DNA of 39,993 nucleotides, taken from Candidatus Hydrogenedentota bacterium (GTDB lineage Bacteria > Hydrogenedentota > Hydrogenedentia > Hydrogenedentales > JAEUWI01). The position numbers and the translations under genes were made by a program. A model generated the notes under the pieces. That model was not told where the DNA came from. It did not search any database and saw nothing but the letters and a program-made list of their open reading frames with translations. Below are positions 7,680 through 18,405 of the stretch, one piece after another; the stretch's first letter is position 1, and every line of letters begins with the position of its first letter. The stretch is taken from the NCBI GenBank assembly GCA_034669905.1, contig JAXMOL010000067.1, forward strand, positions 1-39,993, read 5' to 3'.

Positions 7680-9722
7680 ATGTTGTTCACCGCCCTCAGT
7701 CTTGTCTTCGTCGCCGCCACCGCGCCCGTCCCCCAGGAAATCGCAATCACACTAGCCCCCGATCGGCAGGGGCCTGTTTACCTGCTGCCCGAAGAAAAGG
7801 AGCAGGCGCGGGCGCGCATGGAAAATGAAGGCTGGGCGACGGAAATCGGCAAGGGCTATGTGAACAGCGCCACCAAGTTGGTGAACGCTGACCTGGACAT
7901 CCCGCGCACGGGCGGCCAGTGGTCCCACTGGTATACCTGCAAAGAAGATGGGGGCCGCCTGAAGGCCGAGAATCCGACCCGTCACGTCTGTCAGAGTTGT
8001 AAGACGGTCTATACCGGCTACCCCTATGACGAGGTCTATGTGACCTTTCGCCACAGCCACTGGATGCGGGGCATTGAAACGCTGGGTACCGCCTACGCCC
8101 TGGACCCCAAGCCGGAATTTGCGGCGCGGGTGCGCGAAATTCTCCTGGAGTACGCCTCCTTTTATGAGTCGCTGCCACTCCACGATTTCAAAAACGGAAA
8201 GGCCGCCAAGGGCGCCCGGCTTTATGCCCAGACCCTGGATGAGTCGGTGACCCTGTGCAGCCTCATCTTCGGTTACGACCTGGTCTATGACGCGGACTGC
8301 TTTTCGGCGGAAGACCACGAGATCATTGCCACCCACCTGCTTCGCCCCATGGTGGACACCATCCTGCGCTACAAAGCAAGCAAGTCCAATTGGCAGTCCT
8401 GGCACAACGCCGGCATTGCCGCCACGGGTTTCCTGCTGGGTGATCAGGCCATGGTCGATTTTGCCATCAACGACCCCCAACACGGCTTCCTCTATCAAAT
8501 GCGCGAGTCGGTGCTGCCCAGTGGGATGTGGTATGAAGGAGCGCCCTCCTACCATTGGTACGCCATGAAAGCCCACCTCTATCTATTGGAAGCGGCCGCG
8601 CGTAGCGGCGTTGATCTCTACGCGCTCCCCGTGGTGCATTCGTTATTCGAAGGCCCGACCAAACCCCTCTACCCCGATATGACCTATCCGCCCATCAACG
8701 ACAGCTCGCGAAGCTCGATTAAGGGTGCGGCGGTCTTCTATGAAGTGGCCTATCGTCGTTACCGGGACCCGAATTTTCTCGCCTTGCGCGCACCGCGAAA
8801 ATCGCCCTATGCCGTACTGTGGGGAAAGGACGTCCCTGAAGGCACCGAAGCCGCGCCACTACAACTGGCCACAAGCAACGACCCAGACGATGGCCTTGCC
8901 ATCTTGCGGGATGCCTCGGGGGAAACGGCGCTCTTCTTCAATTACAGCCCCGGCACGAGTGGTCACACCCACGCAGCCAAACTCGATATCCTGCTCTATG
9001 CCCACGGCGACCAGCGCGTTGTCGACCCGGGACGGCTCTCTTATGGCAACCCGCTGCACCGGGAGTGGTACACCCAGACCGTGGCCCACAACACGGTGGT
9101 GGTCGACCAGACGACGCAGAAGCGCGCCTCGGGCCGGCTGATTGATTTTCAGACGGGAGACGGGTGGTCCTTGACCCATGCGGCCCTGGACGAGGGCTAT
9201 GAGGGCGTCACCCTGGAACGGGCGCTTGTGATGCGGAAGGGCGTCATTGTGGATATATTCCAGGGGCGCTCGGAAACGGAGCATACCTATGACCTCCCCC
9301 TCCATGTGAATGGTACGCTCGCAGGACTACCCACAGGCACCCCCACAGCGCTCGGAGAAAAACAAGGCTACCAGCACCTGAAAGACCTTCACAGCCTGGA
9401 AAGCAATCCAGGCACCTTCACGATAGACACCGGAAAGAGTCGGGCCATTCACGTGACCTTCCTCGACGATGCCGCGCTATTTGTGGGCGAGGGACGGGCC
9501 CAACCTGCCACGAAGTATATCCCCGTTGTGATGCGTCGTCTGAAAGGTGCTTCCGCACAATTTGTTGCGGTCTACCAGATTCTCGGAGCAGGTGAGTCGC
9601 CCGCCACCGTATCCTACGACCGTGAGACCGTCCGGGTTGGTGACACCACCGTTGCCACGGCACTGGACGCGTTTACCGTCGCGGTGGACGGTAGGACCGT
9701 ATATTCTGCTAAGAAACCCTGA
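7680..9722 (+). CDS. Alginate-lyase/heparinase II/III-like polysaccharide lyase (PL17-like oligo-uronate lyase)
   Basis: QTLDE, SNWQSWHN, GMWYEGAPSYHWY, GHTH..KL, WYTQTVAHNTVVVD motifs; signal peptide from ATG 7680 with AGGAAG RBS. Confidence 0.8.
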   Translation: MLFTALSLVFVAATAPVPQEIAITLAPDRQGPVYLLPEEKEQARARMENEGWATEIGKGYVNSATKLVNADLDIPRTGGQWSHWYTCKEDGGRLKAENPTRHVCQSCKTVYTGYPYDEVYVTFRHSHWMRGIETLGTAYALDPKPEFAARVREILLEYASFYESLPLHDFKNGKAAKGARLYAQTLDESVTLCSLIFGYDLVYDADCFSAEDHEIIATHLLRPMVDTILRYKASKSNWQSWHNAGIAATGFLLGDQAMVDFAINDPQHGFLYQMRESVLPSGMWYEGAPSYHWYAMKAHLYLLEAAARSGVDLYALPVVHSLFEGPTKPLYPDMTYPPINDSSRSSIKGAAVFYEVAYRRYRDPNFLALRAPRKSPYAVLWGKDVPEGTEAAPLQLATSNDPDDGLAILRDASGETALFFNYSPGTSGHTHAAKLDILLYAHGDQRVVDPGRLSYGNPLHREWYTQTVAHNTVVVDQTTQKRASGRLIDFQTGDGWSLTHAALDEGYEGVTLERALVMRKGVIVDIFQGRSETEHTYDLPLHVNGTLAGLPTGTPTALGEKQGYQHLKDLHSLESNPGTFTIDTGKSRAIHVTFLDDAALFVGEGRAQPATKYIPVVMRRLKGASAQFVAVYQILGAGESPATVSYDRETVRVGDTTVATALDAFTVAVDGRTVYSAKKP

Positions 9723-9729
9723 GCAAAAC

Positions 9730-10338
9730 TCAGTGACGGAACGATACGATGCTGTATCCCTTCTTCTTCGCCTCAATAAGTGACTCCCGATATGCCGCCA
9801 TGTCCTCCACGGCTTCCTCGTCGCTCATCTGCAGGCGAAGCATCCCCCGGGTAGCCCATTTCAACACGGTAAGGGCGAGGGAACGCCGTGCCCGTTGGGG
9901 TGCCTTGTCAATGCGCTCAATCTCCCTGTCGATGTCCTCGAGGGCGAGATAGCCGATTTCCGGAAAATCTCCCGCATCGTCGGGTATTGGGATTGGGGGC
10001 CCTGACGCGACCAGTTTCGACGCGTAGGGATGATCACGAATGGCATACACCTCCCCATCGAGCATTTCACCCTCGTGCTCGCAAATTATCTTCAGCACGT
10101 AGCCATACATGGCTTCCGCATTCGCTCCGGTGATGGTACCCGCGACGATATGGCGCAACGCCTGCTCGGAGGAAGGGCACGTACCCTCGTCAATTGCATC
10201 GGCGAAAAATGCGTCGTTCCCCTTCAGTTCGTCGCCCATTCCCGCGATCAACTTGTCCACATATGCCGTATCGTTGGAACCGAAAAGGGCTTGAATACGT
10301 TTCAGATCTACGCCGTAGAACATATGACAATAACCCAT
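9730..10338 (-). CDS. Hypothetical protein
   Basis: Clean ~202-aa ORF; AGGAGAG RBS before ATG 10338; converges on the lyase gene. Confidence 0.7.
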   Translation of the reverse strand: MGYCHMFYGVDLKRIQALFGSNDTAYVDKLIAGMGDELKGNDAFFADAIDEGTCPSSEQALRHIVAGTITGANAEAMYGYVLKIICEHEGEMLDGEVYAIRDHPYASKLVASGPPIPIPDDAGDFPEIGYLALEDIDREIERIDKAPQRARRSLALTVLKWATRGMLRLQMSDEEAVEDMAAYRESLIEAKKKGYSIVSFRH

Positions 10339-10539
10339 CGGGCTCTCTCCTGAAATGAGTAACGATGACACAAGCACACGCGAATCGCCTATGAGACTAC
10401 CACAATGTATTGCCCCCCACTAAGGTGGACCCCTTCGGTTTTTCTCGCCCTTACTACCCTCTTGCGATTGCAGAATTCCATTCCCCATACTGGGAGCGCC
10501 GTCGTCCGGAAAAATTGACCCCACTCGAAAGGTTTCCCC

Positions 10540-12453
10540 ATGCGTCTGTTCTTCGTTGTTCTCGTAGCCTTCCTTTCGTTCGGCCTCGACGCCCCGGCCG
10601 AAACCGTGGAACAACTCCTGACACGCGCCGCCTTGCCCGATGAGGTGGTATTGGAAGACGTGAAGACCTACCTCCACGAGCGCGTCCCCCCCCTGGTGGT
10701 GCCGGAGACACGGGCAGAGTGGGAGGCCCAGTCCACCGAACTGCGCCAACGTTATCTCGACGAGGTGGTCCTGAAGGGCGTGCCCGCCTCCTGGACCGAA
10801 GGCGACGTGAAGGTCGAATACGTGGAAGACATCGAGACCGGCCACGGCTACCGCATCCGCAAGCTCCGCTATGAGGCCATCCCCGGCATGTGGATCCCCG
10901 CCCTGCTCTATGAGCCCGATGGCGAGGCCACCAACCTGCCGGGCGTGCTCAATGTGAATGGCCACTACAACGAAGGCAAGGTGCGGGATGAGGAGCAAAT
11001 ACGGTGTATCAACTTTGCCAAGCGGGGTGTGGTGAACATTCACCCCGAGTGGTTCCGTTGTGGCGAGTTGGAGGGCGTGGACAACGACCACGGGCGGAGT
11101 GCCTACCTCGATTTGGTGGGCATCCGGGGCGTGTCGGTCTTTCACCTCGCCTTGAAGCGGGCCATGGATATCCTCGAAAACCACCCGCGCACGGACCCGC
11201 GTCGCCTGGCGATGAGCGGACTTTCCGGCGGCGGCTGGCAGACGGCGGTCTTCAGCGCGGTGGACGAGCGGGTTTCGGTCATCGTGCCTGTGGCGGGCCA
11301 TGGCGCCATGGGGGTGCGCATCGACAACGGCAGCGACATCGGCGACCTGGAGCAGGTGCCCATGGACATGCTGACCGTGGCCGACTATACCCATCTCACC
11401 GCCCTTTTCGCGCCGCGACCGGCGTTGCTCATTTACAATGCCCAGGACAACTGCTGCTTCCAGGCCGCGCGCACCTTGCCTGCCATCTATGACCCCGTGC
11501 GCCCCGTCTATGGGTTGTATGGCGCCGAATCGGACTTTCGATTCCACATCAACGAGGACCCGGGCGACCACAACTACGGGCAGGACAACCGTATCGAATT
11601 TTACAAATTTGTGGATGAATACCTGGTACCCGAATCCGATTGGGGCGATGCCGAGTTGCCCACCGAAGGCGAAATCCTCCCGGTGGAACAGACGAATGTG
11701 GGCATTCCAGAAAACAACGGGACCATCGTAGGAACGGCGATTGAAGTCGCCAAGGCCATCACACGGCCTGCGATTCCCGGCCTGGACGAAGCCGGGCGAA
11801 CGACCTGGGAACAAGAAACCCGCGGGACACTACGAGAACTACTCCGCTACACCCCGATTTCACTGACCCGTGTCATCTCCGAGCTGAAAACCGATAGAGA
11901 CACCCTGTCCACCGCCTACCGATTCGTCAGTCAGGACTGGGAAGTGGGCGCAGCCGGCCTGCTCCCCGGCGAGGCTTCCTACAATACAGTGCACCTTGTA
12001 CTCCAGGATGGTGGACTTCCTGCGGCGGGCGGAAACCTCGCTTCCATCGCGGCGGCTGGCCATCAGACCGTCGCATTGGCCCCCCTCTTCCAAGACGGCA
12101 CGTCGCCCCGGAGTGGCAACTCCTGGCCCTATGCCATGATTCTCAACGCCACGGGCGAGCGTGCCCTTGCCGTGCAGGCGGCCCAGGTCGCCGCCGTATG
12201 CGATTGGTTTCGCAGTGCGAAGGGGGCGCGCTCTGTCATACTGCATACGACCGGGGTGGAGAGCGGGCTGATCGCCCTGACGACCGCCGCCCTGAATCCC
12301 GGACTGGTAGATGGCGTGGAAACGAACGACATGCCCGACTCCCTCATCGACGTCCTGGAAGCGCGGGGCAAATACACCCGCACACCCAGCCTCTTTAACT
12401 TTGGATTCTTGCAGCACTTCGATTTGGATACACTTCGCGCGCTCTGTGATTAG
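10540..12453 (+). CDS. Secreted alpha/beta-hydrolase (acetylxylan esterase-like) with a second degenerate hydrolase-like domain
   Basis: Signal peptide; IPALLYEP, VNGH, nucleophile elbow GLSGGG, APRPALLI, D-CCF and HNY catalytic motifs. Confidence 0.8.
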   Translation: MRLFFVVLVAFLSFGLDAPAETVEQLLTRAALPDEVVLEDVKTYLHERVPPLVVPETRAEWEAQSTELRQRYLDEVVLKGVPASWTEGDVKVEYVEDIETGHGYRIRKLRYEAIPGMWIPALLYEPDGEATNLPGVLNVNGHYNEGKVRDEEQIRCINFAKRGVVNIHPEWFRCGELEGVDNDHGRSAYLDLVGIRGVSVFHLALKRAMDILENHPRTDPRRLAMSGLSGGGWQTAVFSAVDERVSVIVPVAGHGAMGVRIDNGSDIGDLEQVPMDMLTVADYTHLTALFAPRPALLIYNAQDNCCFQAARTLPAIYDPVRPVYGLYGAESDFRFHINEDPGDHNYGQDNRIEFYKFVDEYLVPESDWGDAELPTEGEILPVEQTNVGIPENNGTIVGTAIEVAKAITRPAIPGLDEAGRTTWEQETRGTLRELLRYTPISLTRVISELKTDRDTLSTAYRFVSQDWEVGAAGLLPGEASYNTVHLVLQDGGLPAAGGNLASIAAAGHQTVALAPLFQDGTSPRSGNSWPYAMILNATGERALAVQAAQVAAVCDWFRSAKGARSVILHTTGVESGLIALTTAALNPGLVDGVETNDMPDSLIDVLEARGKYTRTPSLFNFGFLQHFDLDTLRALCD

Positions 12454-12493
12454 GCCTTTAGTCGGGCCCTGTTCCAAAAACCAACCGTAGCCA

Positions 12494-13519
12494 CTAACGA
12501 AGTGCCGACAGTGTCACCGATTTCCCGGTCTCGGCGGCGCGGTGAAAGGCATCAAGCACGGCCGTCACGCGCCAGCCGTCGCGGGCGGTGACAAAGGGTT
12601 CCCGGTCCTGCTCCACGGCATCAATAAAGCTGGCGATACTCGAGGGGAAGGCGCCTACCCAGCGGTCAAAGACCTTGGCGTTAAGCAAGCTGCGCGGCCA
12701 AGTGAAGCCCCCCTCGCTGCTCATTTCCACCGCCTCGTCTTTGCGGTCTACCTGGAGATGGCCCCGCTCCCCCACGACCGACATGAAAGAATCCGGCATG
12801 GAGGGATGGTTCTCGGGATAGATCCAGGAAGCCTCAAAGGTGGCCACACCGCCCTGTTTAAAGCGCAGCTGCCCCTGCAGGGCGTCCCAGGTATCCCAGC
12901 CATATTTCTCTTTCAAGACGGACTTCACCCCGGTGCAAAAGACTTCCACGGGTTCATCGTCAAACCACCAGAGCATGAGATCGATATCGTGGGAGGATTG
13001 GAACCACATGGGGGAACTGTCTTTCGCCCAGCTGGCGAGCATTTTGGTGGGCACGGTAGTGGGGTTGTTCTTTCGCGCATAGCCCACGAGGGGACGGCCA
13101 ATTTCGCCGGATTGAATCTTGGTGTGGGCCAGGTGATAGGGCGCGAGCCAGCGGTGATTGTAAGAAACCTGGAGTTTCAATCCCGTTTCAGCCACCTTTT
13201 TCGTAATCGCTTCGGCTTCGGCCACGTCGGTGGTGAGGGGCTTTTCCACGAAGACATGAATACCCCTTTCGAGACAGGCCATGACGGGCTCATAGTGGGC
13301 CCAATCGGGCGTGGCAATGAAGACCACGTCGGGCTTTTCCGCATCGAGCATCTCCACGTAGTCGCGATAGGGCTCAACACGAAAGGCCTCGTGCAGTACA
13401 TCGAGTGACATGGGGCTCCGGTTACAGGCCGCCGTCAATTTTACGCACGGCTCCCGTGCCAATACTTGCGCCACGGCGCTTCCCATAATTCCGGTACCAA
13501 TAATATTCGCTTTAAGCAC
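12494..13519 (-). CDS. Gfo/Idh/MocA-family oxidoreductase
   Basis: IIGTGIMG Rossmann motif, IATPDWAH, HVFVEKP, SHDIDL; GTG start at 13519 after AAGGGA. Confidence 0.9.
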   Translation of the reverse strand: MLKANIIGTGIMGSAVAQVLAREPCVKLTAACNRSPMSLDVLHEAFRVEPYRDYVEMLDAEKPDVVFIATPDWAHYEPVMACLERGIHVFVEKPLTTDVAEAEAITKKVAETGLKLQVSYNHRWLAPYHLAHTKIQSGEIGRPLVGYARKNNPTTVPTKMLASWAKDSSPMWFQSSHDIDLMLWWFDDEPVEVFCTGVKSVLKEKYGWDTWDALQGQLRFKQGGVATFEASWIYPENHPSMPDSFMSVVGERGHLQVDRKDEAVEMSSEGGFTWPRSLLNAKVFDRWVGAFPSSIASFIDAVEQDREPFVTARDGWRVTAVLDAFHRAAETGKSVTLSALR

Positions 13520-13530
13520 AACATGTCCCT

Positions 13531-14247
13531 TTATTGCATGATAAGCATTTGCCCGACCAGCCCGAGTAGAAAGCCGCCCAACGCACCCAACGGGGGTGCC
13601 CAATGGCGCTTGAGGGGCACCTGCACGGCGATGTCTTCAAAAATAGCATAGAGTATACCGCCCGCCGCAAAGAGCATGATGCCCCCTATCACGCCTGGAT
13701 AGGCGGAGAGCCAGAAATAGCCGGAGAGGCCCGCGACCGGACCCAGCAGGGCCATGACAGCGAAGGCAATAATCACATGGCTACCCCGGACCGCTCCGCT
13801 ATCTGTCATCTCGCGGTAGGCATTGAAGCCCTCGGGCAGGTTTTGCAGGGCCATGAGGCCTGCAAGCAGCAAGCCCGTGTCGCCCCCGGCCGCGAAGGCA
13901 GCGCCCAGCGCGGCCGCCTCCGGGATAAAATCGGAGAGCATGGCCGCCAATTGGCTCGCGGGACTCTCGGACCGGGCCAGCAGGCGGTCGAGCCCCATAA
14001 AAGCGAGACCACCGAAGCCGAAACAAAGAACCACCAAAGGAATGGAAAGTCCCTTGATACCCTCCGGCACGAGGACCAACGCGACGGCGGAGAGGAGGGC
14101 CCCACCGCCAAAGGCGATGATGCTATGCTGGAATTCGGCTTCCAGCCAATGGGGAAGGAAGCGGTCGATAGTCGCTGCCATGGCCCCCAGCGGCATGGCG
14201 GCCCCGGCCATGAGGGTGAGTAAAGCAACTACCAGCCAATCACCCAT
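13531..14247 (-). CDS. ZIP/GufA-family divalent metal transporter
   Basis: Multi-TM protein with AFGGGALL..V...LVPE, DFIPE, QNLPEGF and FAAGGILY motifs. Confidence 0.8.
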   Translation of the reverse strand: MGDWLVVALLTLMAGAAMPLGAMAATIDRFLPHWLEAEFQHSIIAFGGGALLSAVALVLVPEGIKGLSIPLVVLCFGFGGLAFMGLDRLLARSESPASQLAAMLSDFIPEAAALGAAFAAGGDTGLLLAGLMALQNLPEGFNAYREMTDSGAVRGSHVIIAFAVMALLGPVAGLSGYFWLSAYPGVIGGIMLFAAGGILYAIFEDIAVQVPLKRHWAPPLGALGGFLLGLVGQMLIMQ

Positions 14248-14277
14248 GGTCTCCCCGTTCTACCCGATTGCAACGGG

Positions 14278-15750
14278 TCATTCTAATCCGTTCAGATAGT
14301 TGAGCAGTCGATACATGCGGCCGGTGTATCCGCCGACAATATAGGCCTTCATCTTCTGTGGGGGCGCGGTAAAGGGCCGAAAAGGATCCAATTGAGTAAC
14401 GTCATCCTGCCAGCCACCGCGGGCGTCGAGCCCCCCCACGATGGCGGCGATACCGTCTGGGGTCTCTGAGGTCTTGCTTAATGCAACGGCCAGGTGTCCG
14501 CCCTTAATGTCTTCCGGCAGCGGGTGACTCGCCTTTTTCTGGCGGTACTCCGCCCGGGCCCCTTCCGGTGTGAGGGCCTGAAGGCGGGCAAGCTCCTGAC
14601 GATAGTGCTCCACGTTGACGGTCACTTCGTGGGCATAGGGGTAACAGCCTTCCTTCTCATAGGTCTGGGTGTAGACCACGTCCTCTACGGTGGTGCCGGT
14701 CTGTTTGATGTAGACCGGGCGGTTCGTACCCATCTCGTAAAAGTTGGTGTGGGTATAGCCCTCTGCGTTGGACAGGTGCGAAGCGTCCAGCCAGTCTAAG
14801 GCAGCGGGCACGGGGTCCAAGTAACGTCTGTCGCCCGTCATGCCATAGAACGTAAAGAGCTGGAGTATATTGCCCACGGTCTGGGTGGTGGAGACCGTGT
14901 CGATTTCGAAAGGACGTCCCCAGACTGGTTTCAGGTCGCCATCATACTGCTGGGCCCAGCCGGCCTGCGGTGCCGGTAGCTGGGCGCGCCGATAAAACTC
15001 CATGCCTTCCGTCGCGGCCTGCTGGAAGCGCGGGTCACCCAACTGTTCGTGGGCCTCCCACAAGACGTCGATGCAATCGAAGCTCACATCGTCGTTAAAG
15101 GTTCGGGCCGCCGTGTAGTCGTGGTCTGCCTCGGCATCGGGAAAGCGCTGGGGCCAGCCCCCGTCGGGGTATTGGGCGCGCAGGATATGATCGAGGGCCT
15201 TGTCCAAGACCGCCTTATGCCCGACGTCTTTCGTGGCCCCATAGAGTCGCAGGAAAAATCGGGTCGGCTCGGTTGTGGAATAGTCGTCGAAGGTGGCGTT
15301 GCTGCGGGGCTTCAGGTACTCCTGCCAGCCCCAGCATTGGGAGAAGAATTCCTCGTAGTAGGCGGGAAGCCCGGCGGGGTCGAAGTCGATGAAGTAATTC
15401 CATCCGCCCGAGGGATGTTGTCCCTTTTCCAGCGCCGAAGCGACTTCCTTCGCCCGGTCCAGGTAATAAACATCGCCGGTCGTCTTCCACGCTTCCAACA
15501 GCACCAGTCCCACGGCCGGTGTACTCGGCGGCTCCACCCAAATCATGGAATCCCGCGCCTTCAGTTCGCCATAGGGCTCGAGGTCCATCGTATAGAACCA
15601 GACAAAGCCCCCCTGATTGGACAGGGTCTCAAACATGAAGTCCGTGGCTGTGTGCATGGTGCGCACCACGTCATTGCGATGAGGCGGGTCCGCCTGCGCG
15701 TAAGACGTCGTGACGGCAAAAAGGATTGCTATGATTATTAAAATACGCAT
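14278..15750 (-). CDS. Pectate lyase, PL10 (PelA/Pel-15E-like)
   Basis: Signal peptide; ATFDD, AQYPDGGWPQRFP, TFNDD, GWAQQY...GRPFE, FYEMGTNRP motifs. Confidence 0.8.
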   Translation of the reverse strand: MRILIIIAILFAVTTSYAQADPPHRNDVVRTMHTATDFMFETLSNQGGFVWFYTMDLEPYGELKARDSMIWVEPPSTPAVGLVLLEAWKTTGDVYYLDRAKEVASALEKGQHPSGGWNYFIDFDPAGLPAYYEEFFSQCWGWQEYLKPRSNATFDDYSTTEPTRFFLRLYGATKDVGHKAVLDKALDHILRAQYPDGGWPQRFPDAEADHDYTAARTFNDDVSFDCIDVLWEAHEQLGDPRFQQAATEGMEFYRRAQLPAPQAGWAQQYDGDLKPVWGRPFEIDTVSTTQTVGNILQLFTFYGMTGDRRYLDPVPAALDWLDASHLSNAEGYTHTNFYEMGTNRPVYIKQTGTTVEDVVYTQTYEKEGCYPYAHEVTVNVEHYRQELARLQALTPEGARAEYRQKKASHPLPEDIKGGHLAVALSKTSETPDGIAAIVGGLDARGGWQDDVTQLDPFRPFTAPPQKMKAYIVGGYTGRMYRLLNYLNGLE

Positions 15751-15796
15751 TGACTCATCTTATGGATCTCGATACCCTCTTTCAATCTCACGGTAC

Positions 15797-15859
15797 CCTA
15801 TGAGACTCATAGGACCTATGGGACCTATGGGACCTATGGAACCTCTAGGACCTGTGGGA
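15797..15859. repeat. 9-bp short tandem repeat (consensus CCTATGGGA, 7 degenerate units)
   Basis: Directly visible in the divergent intergenic region. Confidence 0.85.
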
Positions 15860-16022
15860 CTTATTGTCATGGACGAGTTCGGCTGTTCGAAGAAGCTCTC
15901 AAAAGTAATTAGCGCGACCCTCCCATTGACATGTCGCGACAAGTGACCGTATTCTGGCGTTGGTTTTCGGGGAACCTTCACCACCGACCGTAACCACCGT
16001 TTACCTGACAGAGGATGAACCG

Positions 16023-18278
16023 ATGTTTCGCTCCCCACCGTGTTGGCCCGTCGCCGTGATGCTCCTCATCATCCCCTTCCTGGCCTGTGCCCAATCCAAC
16101 GACGCCCCCCTCACCAAAACGCTACACACCAAAATCACCGCATCAGACCTCTACGAAACCGGCCAGGTCTACGATGTCATGCGCACCCCAACCCGCGACG
16201 GCATCCAACTCAACGACCTCGTTCTCATCGAAAACGACGCGCCCGGTGCGGGCAAGAGTGATAAAGGAGTTCATAACGAAGCCCTCCACCGGGGTGTGCG
16301 CGTCCGGAAGACACTACACCTGGAAGACCCCCGTGCGGAAGAGGCCCATGTGGTGCTCTATATGGAACCCAAGACGCCCGAGCCTGCGCCCTACCACCTG
16401 CTGGTAAACGGACACCGCGTGGAAGGGGTCCCCCAGTCCTGGCACGAACGGGTCTGGTGGTGGGTGCCCGTGCCGGTGGAATTTCTGGTGGTGGGCGACA
16501 ATGCAATTGAGGTGGTGTGCGACGCGCCCGAGGGGGAAGGCTACGACCTGCTCTTCGCCCGGGCCGATGAATACGAACGGGGCGGTGGCGCCTTTACCTA
16601 CCAGGGACACACCGGCTTACTCACATCAGGCTTTGTGAAAATCCCGGACAGCGGGACTATGGAAGGGCTCGTTCCTTTCACCGTGGGCGATGCGTCGGCC
16701 CGTTCGACCGACGGGGGGGTAACGTGGAGCAAGGCGCTGCTCGGACCCGAGGCCGACACCCCGGGCGAGTATGTGGTACGCCTCAATCTGAAGCAGCACC
16801 ATGGGCGAGGAACGGTACTTTCGGCGCCCATCGACCTCTGGCAAACGGAGGAGCATGCCCTTGTTCCCCAGGCCACGGTCCACAACCTTCGCGTGCAGGG
16901 TCAGGGCACCACACCGGAGGGCACTTCCATCACGTGGATGGCCCGCTTCTCCGACACGCCCGACCCCACTGCGGCGACCTGGAGTCCCTATCAAGCCATT
17001 GGCATCGGCGTTCCCTTCGATGGCGCCCTGCCCGATACCACCCAGCGCTTCATGCAATTGAAGATTACCTTGCAAAGCGAATCCCCCTTGGCCACCCCGG
17101 TCCTCCAGGGGGTTCAGGTGACACGTGATGCGCACTACCTGCCCCCGCCGGAAAATACCTTTTACGTTCGCAAGGCCATCAACCCCACCATTGCCTACCC
17201 GTCCCATGCGATGCATTTTGAGCAGGAACTCGCCCCCCAACTCAACACCTTACGCGGGCGGCTACCGAAAGAATTACTCGTGCGGGAAGCGCACGGGCAG
17301 TTTGCCGAAATCAATCAACTGCGCCACCATGTCTCTCAGTTGTGGTATCACGGCTCGCCCCACCCCGAGTATCCCGAGTGGAATGCCCTGGACATCCTGC
17401 AGCGGAAAGACCGCTATGGCTACGGCGGCATGTGTATCCAATTCACCATCGTCTTCGTGCAGGCCCTCCAGTCATTGGGGTACCAGGCCCGCCACGTGAA
17501 CGTCTTCAACCACGAAGTGCCCGAGGTCTATGTGGACGAATTGGAGAAGTGGGTGCTCATCGACCCGGAGAGTGTCTTTGACGCCTACGAATTCGAAACG
17601 GAGACTGGACTGCCCATAAGCGCCCTGGAGCAGCATGACTATTTCCTGAAACGCTATGGCTTCTCCGCCGAAAACCCCATCCCTTGGGCGAGTCCTTTGC
17701 CGTGGTCCAATTGGGGTGCCAGCGGACAGGATGAATCGAAGCAGCCCCTGGAAATGTCTACCTTTACCGATTGGATCAATGACCCGGACCCGGCGAAACG
17801 TCCCCCACTCCACAACCTGGCGGGTTTCTTCCGCCTCATTCCCCGGAATGACTTCCTCACCCGCCCCACCCCCCGTCCCGTGGCGCAGGGTTCAACCTAC
17901 TGGCCCTGGAGCGGCTACCTTTGTTGGTATGACGCGGCGACGCCCCGCAAACTGCAGTACGCACTGCATAGCGACCGCCCAGCTGATTTTTATCCGACGC
18001 TGAACCGCGTACGCTTCACGGCCACCCATGGGGACACGGAAGGGGATGTGTTGATAAAGATGACGACCCAAACGCCCAACTTCGACACCTATGAAATCAA
18101 CATCAACGACAGCGGCTGGAGCGAAAGCCCCGCCGACTTCACGTGGACCCTCTTCCCCAGCGCGTTGAACAAACTGGAGATGCGTGTCCGAAACGAATTC
18201 AGCCTGGAGGGCAAGGCGAGCGCGCTGGAGGTTTTCTACCATTACCGCGCGCCCTACAAGCCGAAGGAAACGCCGTGA
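16023..18278 (+). CDS. Large secreted transglutaminase-like (Cys-His-Asp) domain protein
   Basis: Signal peptide; GGMCIQF...LQSLGYQARHV...NHEVPEVY...KWVLIDP; Asp-box STDGGVTW; GAGGA RBS before ATG 16023. Confidence 0.75.
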   Translation: MFRSPPCWPVAVMLLIIPFLACAQSNDAPLTKTLHTKITASDLYETGQVYDVMRTPTRDGIQLNDLVLIENDAPGAGKSDKGVHNEALHRGVRVRKTLHLEDPRAEEAHVVLYMEPKTPEPAPYHLLVNGHRVEGVPQSWHERVWWWVPVPVEFLVVGDNAIEVVCDAPEGEGYDLLFARADEYERGGGAFTYQGHTGLLTSGFVKIPDSGTMEGLVPFTVGDASARSTDGGVTWSKALLGPEADTPGEYVVRLNLKQHHGRGTVLSAPIDLWQTEEHALVPQATVHNLRVQGQGTTPEGTSITWMARFSDTPDPTAATWSPYQAIGIGVPFDGALPDTTQRFMQLKITLQSESPLATPVLQGVQVTRDAHYLPPPENTFYVRKAINPTIAYPSHAMHFEQELAPQLNTLRGRLPKELLVREAHGQFAEINQLRHHVSQLWYHGSPHPEYPEWNALDILQRKDRYGYGGMCIQFTIVFVQALQSLGYQARHVNVFNHEVPEVYVDELEKWVLIDPESVFDAYEFETETGLPISALEQHDYFLKRYGFSAENPIPWASPLPWSNWGASGQDESKQPLEMSTFTDWINDPDPAKRPPLHNLAGFFRLIPRNDFLTRPTPRPVAQGSTYWPWSGYLCWYDAATPRKLQYALHSDRPADFYPTLNRVRFTATHGDTEGDVLIKMTTQTPNFDTYEININDSGWSESPADFTWTLFPSALNKLEMRVRNEFSLEGKASALEVFYHYRAPYKPKETP

Positions 18279-18405
18279 AAACCCACTGGCGACGTCGTAG
18301 CTGCAAGCGCGGGCCAAGAGAATACCGTGCCGCGCGATCCGGAACTCCCGGTCGCAGACTCGCCGCAGGAGAGTTCGTGCGTGATGGGTACCACGGAGCT
18401 ACTCC

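Noticed and set aside
15760..16038. Collagen-like GPIGPIGPM ORF (and 15710-15946)
   Set aside because: It is simply the translation of the 9-bp intergenic repeat.
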